Assembly: GCA_043743165.1 (NCBI GenBank)
Contig: JAYTXA010000033.1
Coordinates: 4,624 to 68,623, forward strand
Source: Acidobacteriota bacterium
GTDB lineage: Bacteria; Acidobacteriota; Vicinamibacteria; Vicinamibacterales; CAVVIG01
Length of the DNA stretch: 64,000 bases
Reading direction: 5' to 3'
Below the pieces are notes generated by a model, which saw nothing but the letters and a program-made list of their open reading frames with translations, had not been told where the DNA came from and did no database searches. The translations under genes were made by a program, and so were the position numbers. Positions 51,238-59,766 of the stretch are shown here, piece by piece. The stretch's first letter is position 1. Each line of letters begins with the position of its first letter.

Positions 51238-51635
51238 GTTTCGGGTCCTGCTTGCCGACCAAATCCAGGTAGTGGTCAGTTTGAAAATCAGGCGGGTTCT
51301 TCATCCCCGTAGAGCATTCGCTGTTCGGAGACGATGGGGTCGGCGGTTCCGACTTCGTAGCAGGCCATCTGCAGACCGCGGACCGCCAGCCTCTTCTTTT
51401 GCGGCCGCAAGCCCCGTCCTGGGCGCGAACGGCCGTGGGGGTCGTGAAGGTGAGCGCGGGGCACCTGGATCCAACCGCGGCGGCGCGAGCCGCGTCTACA
51501 ATTGGCCACCGTCGACACGAGTGTATCTGTCTGGCAAGCCGGTGGAGCCGTTGCGGCGGTTGGTATAGGTCGATCGCCGGGCGCGAAAGAGATGATCTCC
51601 GCGCCGCGGGGTCGTCATCAAGGAGAACGCAATTC

Positions 51636-52565
51636 ATGAAATTGCCCCACTGGTCTGTGTCTGGCGCAGCCTTTGTGCTGTTACTGCTCCTGTTCTTCCT
51701 CGACTCATTTTCTTCGGCCCCGCTGCCAATGCCAGCGGTCTTTGCTGGCAAAATGCCCGTCGCCACGCCTCCAGCAGCAATGGCGCTGTTCCATTTGCCC
51801 ACGGGAGTGACGCATAGATTCGCGGCTTTTGGCTATCGCGGCGGGTCGTTTTTTGACAAACGTGATTTTGCGATGTCGGCGGTGCTAGTGAAACATCCGC
51901 AAGGTGACTTGCTGATAGACAGTGGGTTTGGCGCCGGCATTGATGCGCAATTTGCCCAGATGCCTTTGCTCTTTCGGTTGGGCACCAGTTACGAGAAGAA
52001 CACTCCAGCCGCTGCCCAACTGGCGCAGGCGGGATATGACAGCCAGAAGCTACGAGGTATCGTGCTCACCCACGCGCACTGGGACCACGTGAGTGGCCTT
52101 GCTGACTTTCCTATGATTCCTGTCCTGCTCACCGCGGACGAACATCGCTTTATCGAAAGCGGCAGTTCCTGGACGGCGGTGGCGCGCAGTCTTCCCAACG
52201 TGATCTACGAAGAGTATGGCTTTGCAGAGAAGGCGTACCTCGGCTTTTCCACGAGCCGCGATCTGTATGGAGACGGGTCTATCGTCATCGTTCCCGCGCC
52301 GGGACATACGCCTGGATCGATCATCGTCTTTCTGGCGCTGCCAAATGGCCGTCGTTATGCGCTGGTCGGAGATCTAGTCTGGCAGCGCGAGGGTATCCGC
52401 GAGCGGGAAGAAAAACCCTGGCTGTTGCGCAGGAGCGCCGATTCAGATGCGGAGCACGTGCGCGAAAATATCCTACGCATGGCTGCCCTCGCCGCACGTT
52501 TTCCAGACATGATCATTGTCCCCGCGCACGACTCGAGGGGCTTTGGCGAAATGCCGAAAATGTAG
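51636..52565 (+). CDS. MBL-fold metallo-hydrolase with signal peptide/anchor (lactonase-like)
   Basis: ORF 51399..52565 trimmed to ATG 51636 (AAGGAGAA RBS). MKLPHWSVSGAAFVLLLLLFFL.. HxHxDH motif THAHWDH, and ..APGHTPGS.. Lower G+C than the flanks. Confidence 0.85.
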   Translation: MKLPHWSVSGAAFVLLLLLFFLDSFSSAPLPMPAVFAGKMPVATPPAAMALFHLPTGVTHRFAAFGYRGGSFFDKRDFAMSAVLVKHPQGDLLIDSGFGAGIDAQFAQMPLLFRLGTSYEKNTPAAAQLAQAGYDSQKLRGIVLTHAHWDHVSGLADFPMIPVLLTADEHRFIESGSSWTAVARSLPNVIYEEYGFAEKAYLGFSTSRDLYGDGSIVIVPAPGHTPGSIIVFLALPNGRRYALVGDLVWQREGIREREEKPWLLRRSADSDAEHVRENILRMAALAARFPDMIIVPAHDSRGFGEMPKM

Positions 52566-52694
52566 GCCGGTTTCAAACCTGCCCTGCTGGCCGCACGTCC
52601 CATGTCATCTGATTCGCCAGGCGCCCGGCGACAGTAAGCGGATTGGGACGCTCATGTTCGGCACGGCTGTCGTATGGCCCGCTGCGTTGCGTGG

Positions 52695-53642
52695 TTAGCA
52701 GTGCGGCGCCGTTCCTGTTTCCGACGCCCTTCGACCGAGCATGACCGCTTCTTCTAGTCTTTTGAGCTTCTCGGGATTGCGGACCACGAAGATGTGGCTA
52801 ATGCGTCCGTTGCTAACGACGAGGCTAATCGCGGTGTCGAGCGCACCGTCGACGTCGAGCCGCAACGCAGGGCCGCCGTTGAGGCGCGTCGGCGCGAGCA
52901 CGGCGCCGGCCGGCACCTTGCGCGAAAAGCCGGACAACGCTTTGCCTACGGTCGCGGCCCCTACAAGCGGGACGCGGATCGCGGAAGCGATGCCGCCGCC
53001 GTCGGCGATCAGGACCACGTCGGGGGCAAGAACGTCGAGCAGGCTCTGCATGTCGCCGGTGCGCAGGGTCGCCATGAAGCGCTCAACGACCGCGTCCTGT
53101 TTGGCTCGGTCTACCTCCCAACGGGGGCGGCGAGCCGATACCCGCGCGCGCGCCCTGTGGGCGATCTGGCGTACGGCGGAGTGGGTCTTGTCCACGGCGA
53201 GGGCGATTTCGTCATAGGAGACGTCGAACGCTTCGCGCAGCACGAACACCGCCCGCTCGACCGGCGTCAGCGTCTCGAGCACGATGAGCATCGCCATGGA
53301 AATGCTTTCGGCGAGCTGGAGGTCTTCGGACACGTCGGGCGCGGTCAGCACCGGCTCGGGCAGCCACTCCCCCACGTAGTCCTCTCGCCTACGCGCAAGC
53401 GTGCGCAACCGGTTCAGAGATTGTCGGGTGACGATCCGGACGAGGTAGGCGCGCGGATCCCGCACATCGGCCTGACCGTCGCCGAGGTCCGCCCAGCGCA
53501 GCCAGGTCTCCTGCACGACGTCCTCAGCGTCCGCGGCGGAGCCGAGGATCTCGTAGGCGATAGTGAACAGCAGGCTTCGATGCGCAACATAGGGATCGAT
53601 GAGCCGATCGCAAGCCCGGTTGATGGACGGCTCGCCGGTCAT
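52695..53642 (-). CDS. ECF41-group (SigJ-like) sigma factor with fused SnoaL-like C-terminal regulatory domain
   Basis: Sigma regions 2 and 4 plus a ~100-aa extension. All three ECF41 signature motifs are present: WLPEP (GEWLPEPVL), DGGG (LIADGGGIA) and NPxKL (VRNPEKLKRL). ATGA overlap with the upstream CMD gene. Confidence 0.88.
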   Translation of the reverse strand: MTGEPSINRACDRLIDPYVAHRSLLFTIAYEILGSAADAEDVVQETWLRWADLGDGQADVRDPRAYLVRIVTRQSLNRLRTLARRREDYVGEWLPEPVLTAPDVSEDLQLAESISMAMLIVLETLTPVERAVFVLREAFDVSYDEIALAVDKTHSAVRQIAHRARARVSARRPRWEVDRAKQDAVVERFMATLRTGDMQSLLDVLAPDVVLIADGGGIASAIRVPLVGAATVGKALSGFSRKVPAGAVLAPTRLNGGPALRLDVDGALDTAISLVVSNGRISHIFVVRNPEKLKRLEEAVMLGRRASETGTAPHC

Positions 53643-54223
53643 GTGGCGCAGGCCACACTCGGCCGCTCGGCCATCGGCGCCAACCCGCAGGAGACGGCGA
53701 AACCCTCGGACTCGAGGCCAAGGGCGGTGTTCGTTCGAGCCGTCAGGTTGGCGAACCCGACCACACCCGTCAGCTCGACCAGCGCCGCGGGCCCGAGTCT
53801 GGCGAGTAATCCGGCGACCATCTCGTCAGTCACCGCTGGCGGCGTCTGGCTCATCGCCTCGGCGTAGCTCAACACGTCGCGTTCGAGCGGGGTGAATACG
53901 TTCGATTCCCGCCACCGCGGAATCTGCCGCGCCTTCTCCATGTCGAGATGCCTATTGTGAGCCATGAAGTAGTTGAAGTCGAGGCACCACGTGCACCCAA
54001 TCAGCGAGGCAACTGCCATGTGAGCGAACGACTTCAGGCTCTCATCGCACTCACCGAACTTTTGAACCTTTTGGCCAAAGCTCATACTGGCCTTCAGCGC
54101 CGGGACGTGGTGCCACATCACCCCGAGCGACTCGGGTACCCGACCAAACATCCGGCGGGCGAACATCTTGACCACGGCGCCGTACATTCCGGTCATCTTC
54201 TTCGGGGGAATCCTCGTGTGCAT
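53639..54223 (-). CDS. carboxymuconolactone decarboxylase (AhpD-like) family protein
   Basis: 194 aa. CxxC (..IGCTWCLDFNYF..). Classic partner (COE gene) of ECF41 sigma factors. AGGAGCAGG RBS. Confidence 0.85.
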   Translation of the reverse strand: MHTRIPPKKMTGMYGAVVKMFARRMFGRVPESLGVMWHHVPALKASMSFGQKVQKFGECDESLKSFAHMAVASLIGCTWCLDFNYFMAHNRHLDMEKARQIPRWRESNVFTPLERDVLSYAEAMSQTPPAVTDEMVAGLLARLGPAALVELTGVVGFANLTARTNTALGLESEGFAVSCGLAPMAERPSVACAT

Positions 54224-54276
54224 GTCCTGCTCCTATTCTCAGTCGACGTCGGTGTGTCCGACGCACCCACCAAGGA

Positions 54277-54303
54277 GACACCGGTGGGGCAGCCGTTGTG
54301 ACA
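54277..54303 (-). promoter_or_regulatory. ECF41-type promoter (TGTCACA-N16-TGTC) upstream of the CMD-sigma operon
   Basis: Minus-strand reading is cacTGTCACAacggctgccccaccggTGTCtcc. The published ECF41 target motif is TGTCACA-N16-CGTC (one mismatch). Lies about 54 nt upstream of the CMD ATG. Confidence 0.5.
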
Positions 54304-54439
54304 GTGACGCGCACCGGGTTTCTCGGAGACCTCATTTCTCGGGAGGACGGGGTCTATGGGACGCTCGCCGGCTGGTGATGGAGCAGCGCCCGGTGCATCC
54401 ATCGAAGTGGGCGGCGCTGCAGGCGGTGACGACGTGGGT

Positions 54440-54600
54440 TATCACGACCCCATGCCACCGGCGGCGGCCGGGCGGGAGCCTGCCGACTGGCCATGCGACC
54501 CTCGGCGACAACCTCGACACGCTCTGGAATCGCATGGGGTCCGGCAGTCGCTCGAGACCGTGGAGTTCGCGACGCTCGCCTGGGTCGACTGGTTCAATAG
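54440..54600 (+). pseudogene. frameshifted C-terminal remnant of an IS3-family (rve) transposase
   Basis: Fragments in two frames: ..AAAGREPA.., ..PTGHATLGDNLD.., then ..LETVEFATLAWVDWFN.. They resemble the conserved end of IS3-family OrfB (..AEAGIxPSxGxxGDxxDNAL.. / ..E.ATxEWVDWYN..). There is no intact ORF, no N-terminal part and no inverted repeats. Confidence 0.5.
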
Positions 54601-54681
54601 GTGGCCTGAGTCAACGAATTCGGTCTCCGACGATCCCGGTACGCTTCAAGACCCCTCGGCAGACCCAACGTTGGGTCTTGC

Positions 54682-54693
54682 ATATAGGGTTAA
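54682..54693 (+). repeat. right copy of the 12-bp direct repeat ATATAGGGTTAA
   Basis: Read directly. 10 nt before the nagZ ATG. Confidence 0.9.
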
Positions 54694-54703
54694 AATTCAA
54701 GGC

Positions 54704-55801
54704 ATGTCACCCCTGTCGCTGCGCCGGCAAATCGGACAGTTGCTTATTGCCGGCTTCAACGGCACGTCCCTGCCGGTCGAGCTCCGGTCGCTGGCGCGCG
54801 AGTTCGGGCTGGGCGGTGCCATCCTGTTCGCGCGCAACATCGACGTCCCCGAACAGGTGGCCGAACTGTCCTATGACATCGCTCGCCTGACCCCCGAGAT
54901 GCCGGGCTGGGTCAGTGTCGACCAGGAGGGGGGCCGCGTCGCGCGGCTCAAGTCGCCTTTCACTGAATGGCCGCCGATGGCCACGCTTGGTCGCAGCGGG
55001 GATACGAAGCTGGCCGAGCGCTTCGCGGCGGCGCTGGCTACCGAACTGCGCGCGGTTGGCGTGACGCTCGACTACGCGCCGGTGCTCGACATCCACACCA
55101 ACCCGAAGAACCCGGTGATCGGCGATCGGGCGCTGGCCGAACAGGCGCGCACAGTGGCGGAACTCGGTGCCGCGATCGTCCGGGTGTTGCAGCAGCACGG
55201 TGTGGCGGCGTGCGGCAAGCACTTCCCAGGGCACGGCGACACGAGTACCGACTCGCACCACGAACTGCCGCTGATCGAACATCCGCCCGAACTGCTGCGT
55301 GAACGCGAATTCCTGCCGTTCCGCGCCGCCATCGCCGCGGGCGTGGCCACGATCATGACCGCGCACGTATTCATCCCCGCGCTCGACGACCAGCGCCCGG
55401 CTACGCTGTCGAAGCAGATCGTCACCGGGCTGCTGCGCGGAGAACTCGGGTTCGAGGGGGTCATCATCAGCGATGACCTCGAGATGAAGGCGCTGGCTGC
55501 CGAACGGGCGGTGTCCGATTCGGCGCTCGAAGCCATCGAAGCCGGCTGCGACGCGGTGCTGATCTGCTCGGGTGATACCGACGCCCAGGCCGCGGCCGTC
55601 GAGGCGCTGGTGCGCCAGGTGGAGAAGGACCGTGGCTTCGAGAAGCGCGTCGAGGACGCCCTGACGCGCAACCAGCGCGCGAAGGAACGCTTCCTCGCCG
55701 CCGCCGTCGTCGCCGCACCGCTTGGCACCGCCGCCCTGCGGCGCGTGCTCGGCCAGGACGCCCACCAGCGCACCGCCGACGACATGGCGCGCTACGCGTG
55801 A
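54704..55801 (+). CDS. nagZ: beta-N-acetylhexosaminidase NagZ (GH3)
   Basis: ORF 54356..55801 trimmed to ATG 54704. MSPLSLRRQIGQLLIAGFNG.. ..VSVDQEGGRVARL.. ..KHFPGHGDTSTDSH.. Confidence 0.9.
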   Translation: MSPLSLRRQIGQLLIAGFNGTSLPVELRSLAREFGLGGAILFARNIDVPEQVAELSYDIARLTPEMPGWVSVDQEGGRVARLKSPFTEWPPMATLGRSGDTKLAERFAAALATELRAVGVTLDYAPVLDIHTNPKNPVIGDRALAEQARTVAELGAAIVRVLQQHGVAACGKHFPGHGDTSTDSHHELPLIEHPPELLREREFLPFRAAIAAGVATIMTAHVFIPALDDQRPATLSKQIVTGLLRGELGFEGVIISDDLEMKALAAERAVSDSALEAIEAGCDAVLICSGDTDAQAAAVEALVRQVEKDRGFEKRVEDALTRNQRAKERFLAAAVVAAPLGTAALRRVLGQDAHQRTADDMARYA

Positions 55802-56727
55802 TGCTCGCGCCTCGCCGGCTCGAACGCGGGTCGCGCATTGCTGTCGTCGCGCCGGCCAGCCCATTCCTGCGAGACGATTTCGAGCGCGGCATCGCCGAAC
55901 TCGAGCGGCTCGGTCTGGTGCCGCTGTGGGACGAGTCGGTCTTCGCGCGCCAGGCCTGGGTTGCCGGTTCCGCCGAACTGCGCGCCGCTGCCATCCGCGC
56001 TGCGCTGACCGACCCGGCGGTTGACGCCCTCATTGCCGTGCGCGGTGGCTACGGCAGCGCCCAGCTCCTGCCGCTGCTCGATCGCGACGAGCTGCGCGAG
56101 GCGCGCAAGCCGATCATCGGCTACAGCGACATCACCGCGCTGCTGGCGTTCGTGACGACGCAGTGCGGGCTCGTGGCGTTTCACGGCACCATGCTCGAGG
56201 GGCGGCTCGCCTCGGGCGAGGTCGCCTACGACCGCGCGTCGCTCGAGCGTGCCCTGTTCAGCACCGCGCCGATGGGGGAGTTCCAGGCGCCGGGGCTTGA
56301 CGTGATTGCGGCCGGCGAACATGCCGGGCCGATCTTCGGCGGCACGGTCACCAACCTGCTCGCCTCGCTCGGCACGCCGTACGCGTTCGCGCCGCCGCCG
56401 GGCTACGTGCTGTTCTTCGACGAGGTCGGCGAGCGCCCGTACCGGCTCGATCGCATGGTGCTGCAGCTGCGCCAGAGCGGACTTCTCGAGCGGGCCGGCG
56501 CGATCGTGATCGGTGAGCTGCCGCGCTGTGACGAGCCCGGCAATGGTCCAACCGGACGTGGCGCGATGGCGTCGCTGCTGTCAGGTTTCCCAGGGCCCGT
56601 GCTCGTCGGCTTTCCCTCAGGCCACACCGTTGGCCCGCAGCAGACCATTCCGCTCGGCGTCCGTGCGCGCGTCATCGGCGACCGCCGCGCGCCGCGCCTT
56701 GTCATCGAGGAGCCCGCAGTCCAGTGA
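55798..56727 (+). CDS. ldcA: LD-carboxypeptidase (muramoyltetrapeptide carboxypeptidase, peptidase S66)
   Basis: ..RIAVVAPASPF.. ..AVRGGYGSAQLL.. ..GYSDITAL.. C-terminal ..GFPSGHT.. The start overlaps the nagZ stop. Confidence 0.88.
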   Translation: MMLAPRRLERGSRIAVVAPASPFLRDDFERGIAELERLGLVPLWDESVFARQAWVAGSAELRAAAIRAALTDPAVDALIAVRGGYGSAQLLPLLDRDELREARKPIIGYSDITALLAFVTTQCGLVAFHGTMLEGRLASGEVAYDRASLERALFSTAPMGEFQAPGLDVIAAGEHAGPIFGGTVTNLLASLGTPYAFAPPPGYVLFFDEVGERPYRLDRMVLQLRQSGLLERAGAIVIGELPRCDEPGNGPTGRGAMASLLSGFPGPVLVGFPSGHTVGPQQTIPLGVRARVIGDRRAPRLVIEEPAVQ

Positions 56728-58133
56728 CCACACGCGTTCATCTCATCGGCATTTGCGGTACCGCCATGGCGACACTGGCGGCCATGCTTCGGCGCAAAGG
56801 GCTGGATGTCCGCGGCTCGGACGCCGACGTCTACCCGCCCATGAGCGACTTCCTCGCCGCCGAGGGCATCACGGTGTTCAGCGGCTACCGGGCCGAGCAG
56901 ATCACCGCGGACCTCGACTTCGTCATCGTCGGCAATGCGATCTCGCGCGGCAATCCCGAACTCGAGGAGGTGCTCGACCGGAAGATCCGCTACTGCTCGC
57001 TGCCCGAGGCGATTCGCGAGCAGTTCCTCTGGGGCGCGCGTTCGATTGTGCTGGCCGGCACGCACGGCAAGACCACGACGACGTCGCTGACTGGCTGGGT
57101 GCTGACGCACGCCGGTGTCGACCCGAGCGTGCTCGTCGGCGGCATCGCCAGAAACTTCGGCGAGCATGGTTCGAGCTACCGCATGGGGCAGGGGCGCGAC
57201 TTCGTCATCGAGGGCGACGAGTACGACAGCGCCTTCTTCGACAAGACCGCGAAGTTCCTGAAGTACCTGCCCGACATCGCCGTCATCAACAACATCGAGT
57301 TCGACCATGCGGATATCTACGCCGACATGGATGCGGTGATCACCGCGTTCGCCCGCCTCGTCCGCCTCGTGCCGAGGAAGGGGTTGCTGCTGATTGGCGG
57401 CGACAGTCCAGCGGCGCTGGCGCTCGCCGGGCGCGCGGTGTCACGCGTGCAGACATTCGGCACCGGCGAGGGCTTCGACTGGCAGGCGCACGACCTGGTG
57501 GCGGGCCCGACGTCGACGCGGTTCCGGGTGCGGCGGAGTGGGTCGCCCTTCGGCGAATTCGAGGTGCCGCTGCTCGGTGCCTACAACGTACGGAATGCCC
57601 TCGCCGCGATCGCCGTGGCGACCGACATCGGCATCGACGCCGTGCGCGTGCGTGATGGACTCCGGACCTTTGCCGGCGTGAAGCGCCGGCTCGAGGTGGT
57701 GGGTGTGGCCGACGGCGTGACGGTGTTCGACGACTTCGCGCACCATCCGACGGCGGTGGCCGAGACGTTGAACGGCCTTCGCGCCTCGCACCCGACTGCG
57801 CGCATCTGGGCCATCTTCGAACCGCGTTCGGCCTCGTCGTGTCGCCGCATCTTCCAGGACGATTTCGCCCGGGCGTTCGGCGCCGCCGACCGAGTGCTCA
57901 TCGCGCCGGTGTTCCGCTCGACCCTGCCGGAGGCCGAGCGGCTGTCGCTGCCGTTGCTGGTGCGCGACCTGTCTGCGGCGGGGCAGCACGCCGGTGCGCC
58001 GGCGTCGGTCGACGAGATCATCGACATCGTCGTGCGCGAACATCGTCCTGGCGACCTGGTGGTGTTGATGTCGAACGGCGGTTTCGGCGGCATTCACACC
58101 CGGTTGCTCGCCATGCTTCAGCCCGCGCGATGA
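56724..58133 (+). CDS. mpl: UDP-N-acetylmuramate:L-alanyl-gamma-D-glutamyl-meso-diaminopimelate ligase
   Basis: ..VHLIGICGTAMATLAAML.. ..AGTHGKTTTTS.. Mur-ligase central and C-terminal domains. GTGA overlap with ldcA. Confidence 0.92.
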   Translation: MTTRVHLIGICGTAMATLAAMLRRKGLDVRGSDADVYPPMSDFLAAEGITVFSGYRAEQITADLDFVIVGNAISRGNPELEEVLDRKIRYCSLPEAIREQFLWGARSIVLAGTHGKTTTTSLTGWVLTHAGVDPSVLVGGIARNFGEHGSSYRMGQGRDFVIEGDEYDSAFFDKTAKFLKYLPDIAVINNIEFDHADIYADMDAVITAFARLVRLVPRKGLLLIGGDSPAALALAGRAVSRVQTFGTGEGFDWQAHDLVAGPTSTRFRVRRSGSPFGEFEVPLLGAYNVRNALAAIAVATDIGIDAVRVRDGLRTFAGVKRRLEVVGVADGVTVFDDFAHHPTAVAETLNGLRASHPTARIWAIFEPRSASSCRRIFQDDFARAFGAADRVLIAPVFRSTLPEAERLSLPLLVRDLSAAGQHAGAPASVDEIIDIVVREHRPGDLVVLMSNGGFGGIHTRLLAMLQPAR

Positions 58134-58828
58134 ACGACGTGCGCGTGGCGGCGGCGGGCGACGCCGCGCTGGTGGCCGAGTTCGACGACCGCATTGATGC
58201 CAGCGTGAATGCCCGTGCGATCGCCCTCGCGCAGGCGCTGCGAAGCGCCAGCCTCCCTGGCGTTCGCGATATCGTGCCGGCCTACCGTGCCGTGACGGTC
58301 TACTTCGATCCGCTGCGGGCCGATGCCGCGGCACTCGAGGCGCATCTTCGTGCTGCCGCCGCCCAGACGTCCGATGCGCAGCCGGTGGCCGGACCACTCG
58401 TGCACGTGCCCGTCTGCTACAACGCCGAGTTCGGGCCCGACCTCGAGAGGGTGGCACAGTTCGCTGGCCTGACCGCGCCTGAGGTCGTCGACGCGCATCG
58501 CTCGCGCGACTACCGGGTCTTCATGCTCGGGTTCGTGCCAGGCTTCGCCTATATGGGCCCGGTCGATGCCCGCATTGCCCTGCCGCGTCGTGCCGAGCCA
58601 CGCACCGCGGTGCCGGTGGGGGCAGTGGCTGTGGCAGGTGGACAGACCGGCATCTATCCGAGCCAGACGCCGGGCGGGTGGCACATCATCGGCCGCACAC
58701 CGTTGCGACTGGTGTCGTTCGACAGGCCCGTGCCAACCCTGTTCATAGCCGGTGACCGCGTGCGCTTCCATCAGGTGGACCGCGCAACCTTCGAACAGAT
58801 TGCCCGTCTGCAGGTGTTTGTGCCATGA
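58130..58828 (+). CDS. pxpB: 5-oxoprolinase subunit PxpB-like (KipI / allophanate hydrolase subunit 1 family)
   Basis: ORF 57839..58828 trimmed to ATG 58130 (ATGA overlap with mpl). ..VPAYRAVTVYFDP.. ..MLGFVPGFAYMG.. ..GQTGIYPSQTPGGWHIIGRTP.. Confidence 0.88.
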   Translation: MNDVRVAAAGDAALVAEFDDRIDASVNARAIALAQALRSASLPGVRDIVPAYRAVTVYFDPLRADAAALEAHLRAAAAQTSDAQPVAGPLVHVPVCYNAEFGPDLERVAQFAGLTAPEVVDAHRSRDYRVFMLGFVPGFAYMGPVDARIALPRRAEPRTAVPVGAVAVAGGQTGIYPSQTPGGWHIIGRTPLRLVSFDRPVPTLFIAGDRVRFHQVDRATFEQIARLQVFVP

Positions 58829-59766
58829 GCGGCGGACTCCGGATTCTGTCGCCTGGCCTGTTGACCACGGTGCAGGACTGCGGCCGCTGGGGCCACCAGT
58901 CGATTGGGGTGTCTGTATCCGGTGCCATGGATCCGTTTGCGCACCGCCTGGCCAACGCGCTGGCCGGCAACGCGCGAGTGGCCGCGACGCTCGAGGTCAC
59001 GCTCACCGGACCGTCAATCGGCTTCGACGATGCCCGGGTGGTGGCGGTCGCTGGCGCGTCGTTCGACCTGTTCCTGAATGACGTGCCGGTGCCGCACGAG
59101 CAGCCCGTGCTGGTTGGCGCCGGTGCGGTGCTGCGTTTCGGGACGCGGCGGCGAGGCGCACGAGCCTACCTGGCGGTGTCCGGCGGCATCGACGTGCCGT
59201 TGGTGCTCAGCAGCCGTTCCACGCACCTGCCGACCGGAACAGGCGGATGGCAGGGACGGGCGCTGCGCCGCGACGACCACGTGCCGCTCGGCGAGGCGCG
59301 ACCCCAGGCGAGCCGTGCGGTAGGCCACCAGCGGGTGGAGACACGCGAGGCGTTGCCGGTGGTTCGCATCATGCCGGGCCCCGACGTCGAGCGTTTCATG
59401 CCGGAAGCATTGGAGGCGCTGGTGTCGGCGCCTTACCATGTCAGGGTGGAATCGGACCGTATGGGTTTCAGGTTGGAGGGGCCGGTGCTGCGGCATCGGG
59501 CGACAGCCGACATCATCTCGGACGCCACACCGCTCGGCACCCTTCAGGTACCGGGCTCGGGCCAGCCGGTGCTGCTGATGGCCGACCGGCAGACGACCGG
59601 TGGCTACGCCAGGCTCGCCACCGTGATTAGCGCCGACCTCGGCATCGCGGCCCAGGCCGCACCTGGCGACGCGCTGCGCTTCGTGGTGTGCGACCGCGCC
59701 GAGGCGGTGCGTGCCCTCGTGCGACGGGAGCGTCCGCTGCTGGCCCTCGAAGGGGAGCCGGCATGA
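58825..59766 (+). CDS. pxpC: 5-oxoprolinase subunit PxpC-like (KipA / allophanate hydrolase subunit 2 family)
   Basis: ..GLLTTVQDCGRWGHQSIGVSVSGAMD.. ..LQVPGSGQPVLLMADRQTTGGYARLATV.. ATGA overlap on both sides. Confidence 0.88.
   Translation: MSGGLRILSPGLLTTVQDCGRWGHQSIGVSVSGAMDPFAHRLANALAGNARVAATLEVTLTGPSIGFDDARVVAVAGASFDLFLNDVPVPHEQPVLVGAGAVLRFGTRRRGARAYLAVSGGIDVPLVLSSRSTHLPTGTGGWQGRALRRDDHVPLGEARPQASRAVGHQRVETREALPVVRIMPGPDVERFMPEALEALVSAPYHVRVESDRMGFRLEGPVLRHRATADIISDATPLGTLQVPGSGQPVLLMADRQTTGGYARLATVISADLGIAAQAAPGDALRFVVCDRAEAVRALVRRERPLLALEGEPA

Larger units (their letters stand above)
51226..54693. mobile_element. putative decayed inserted islet bounded by 12-bp direct repeats
   Basis: Perfect ATATAGGGTTAA at 51226-51237 and 54682-54693 brackets a visibly lower-G+C segment. 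That segment carries accessory genes and an IS3-family transposase remnant, and it sits between divergent core genes. Confidence 0.45.

Noticed and set aside
51224-51802. 192-aa minus-strand ORF in the islet
   Set aside because: It overlaps the MBL gene start and RBS in antisense, has no family resemblance and has poor codon bias over most of its length. At best it contains short decayed gene tails.
54356-54703. In-frame 116-codon N-terminal extension of the nagZ ORF
   Set aside because: The extension reads through the IS3 transposase remnant and the 12-bp repeat. NagZ homology starts at MSPLSLRRQIGQLLIAGFNG (ATG 54704).
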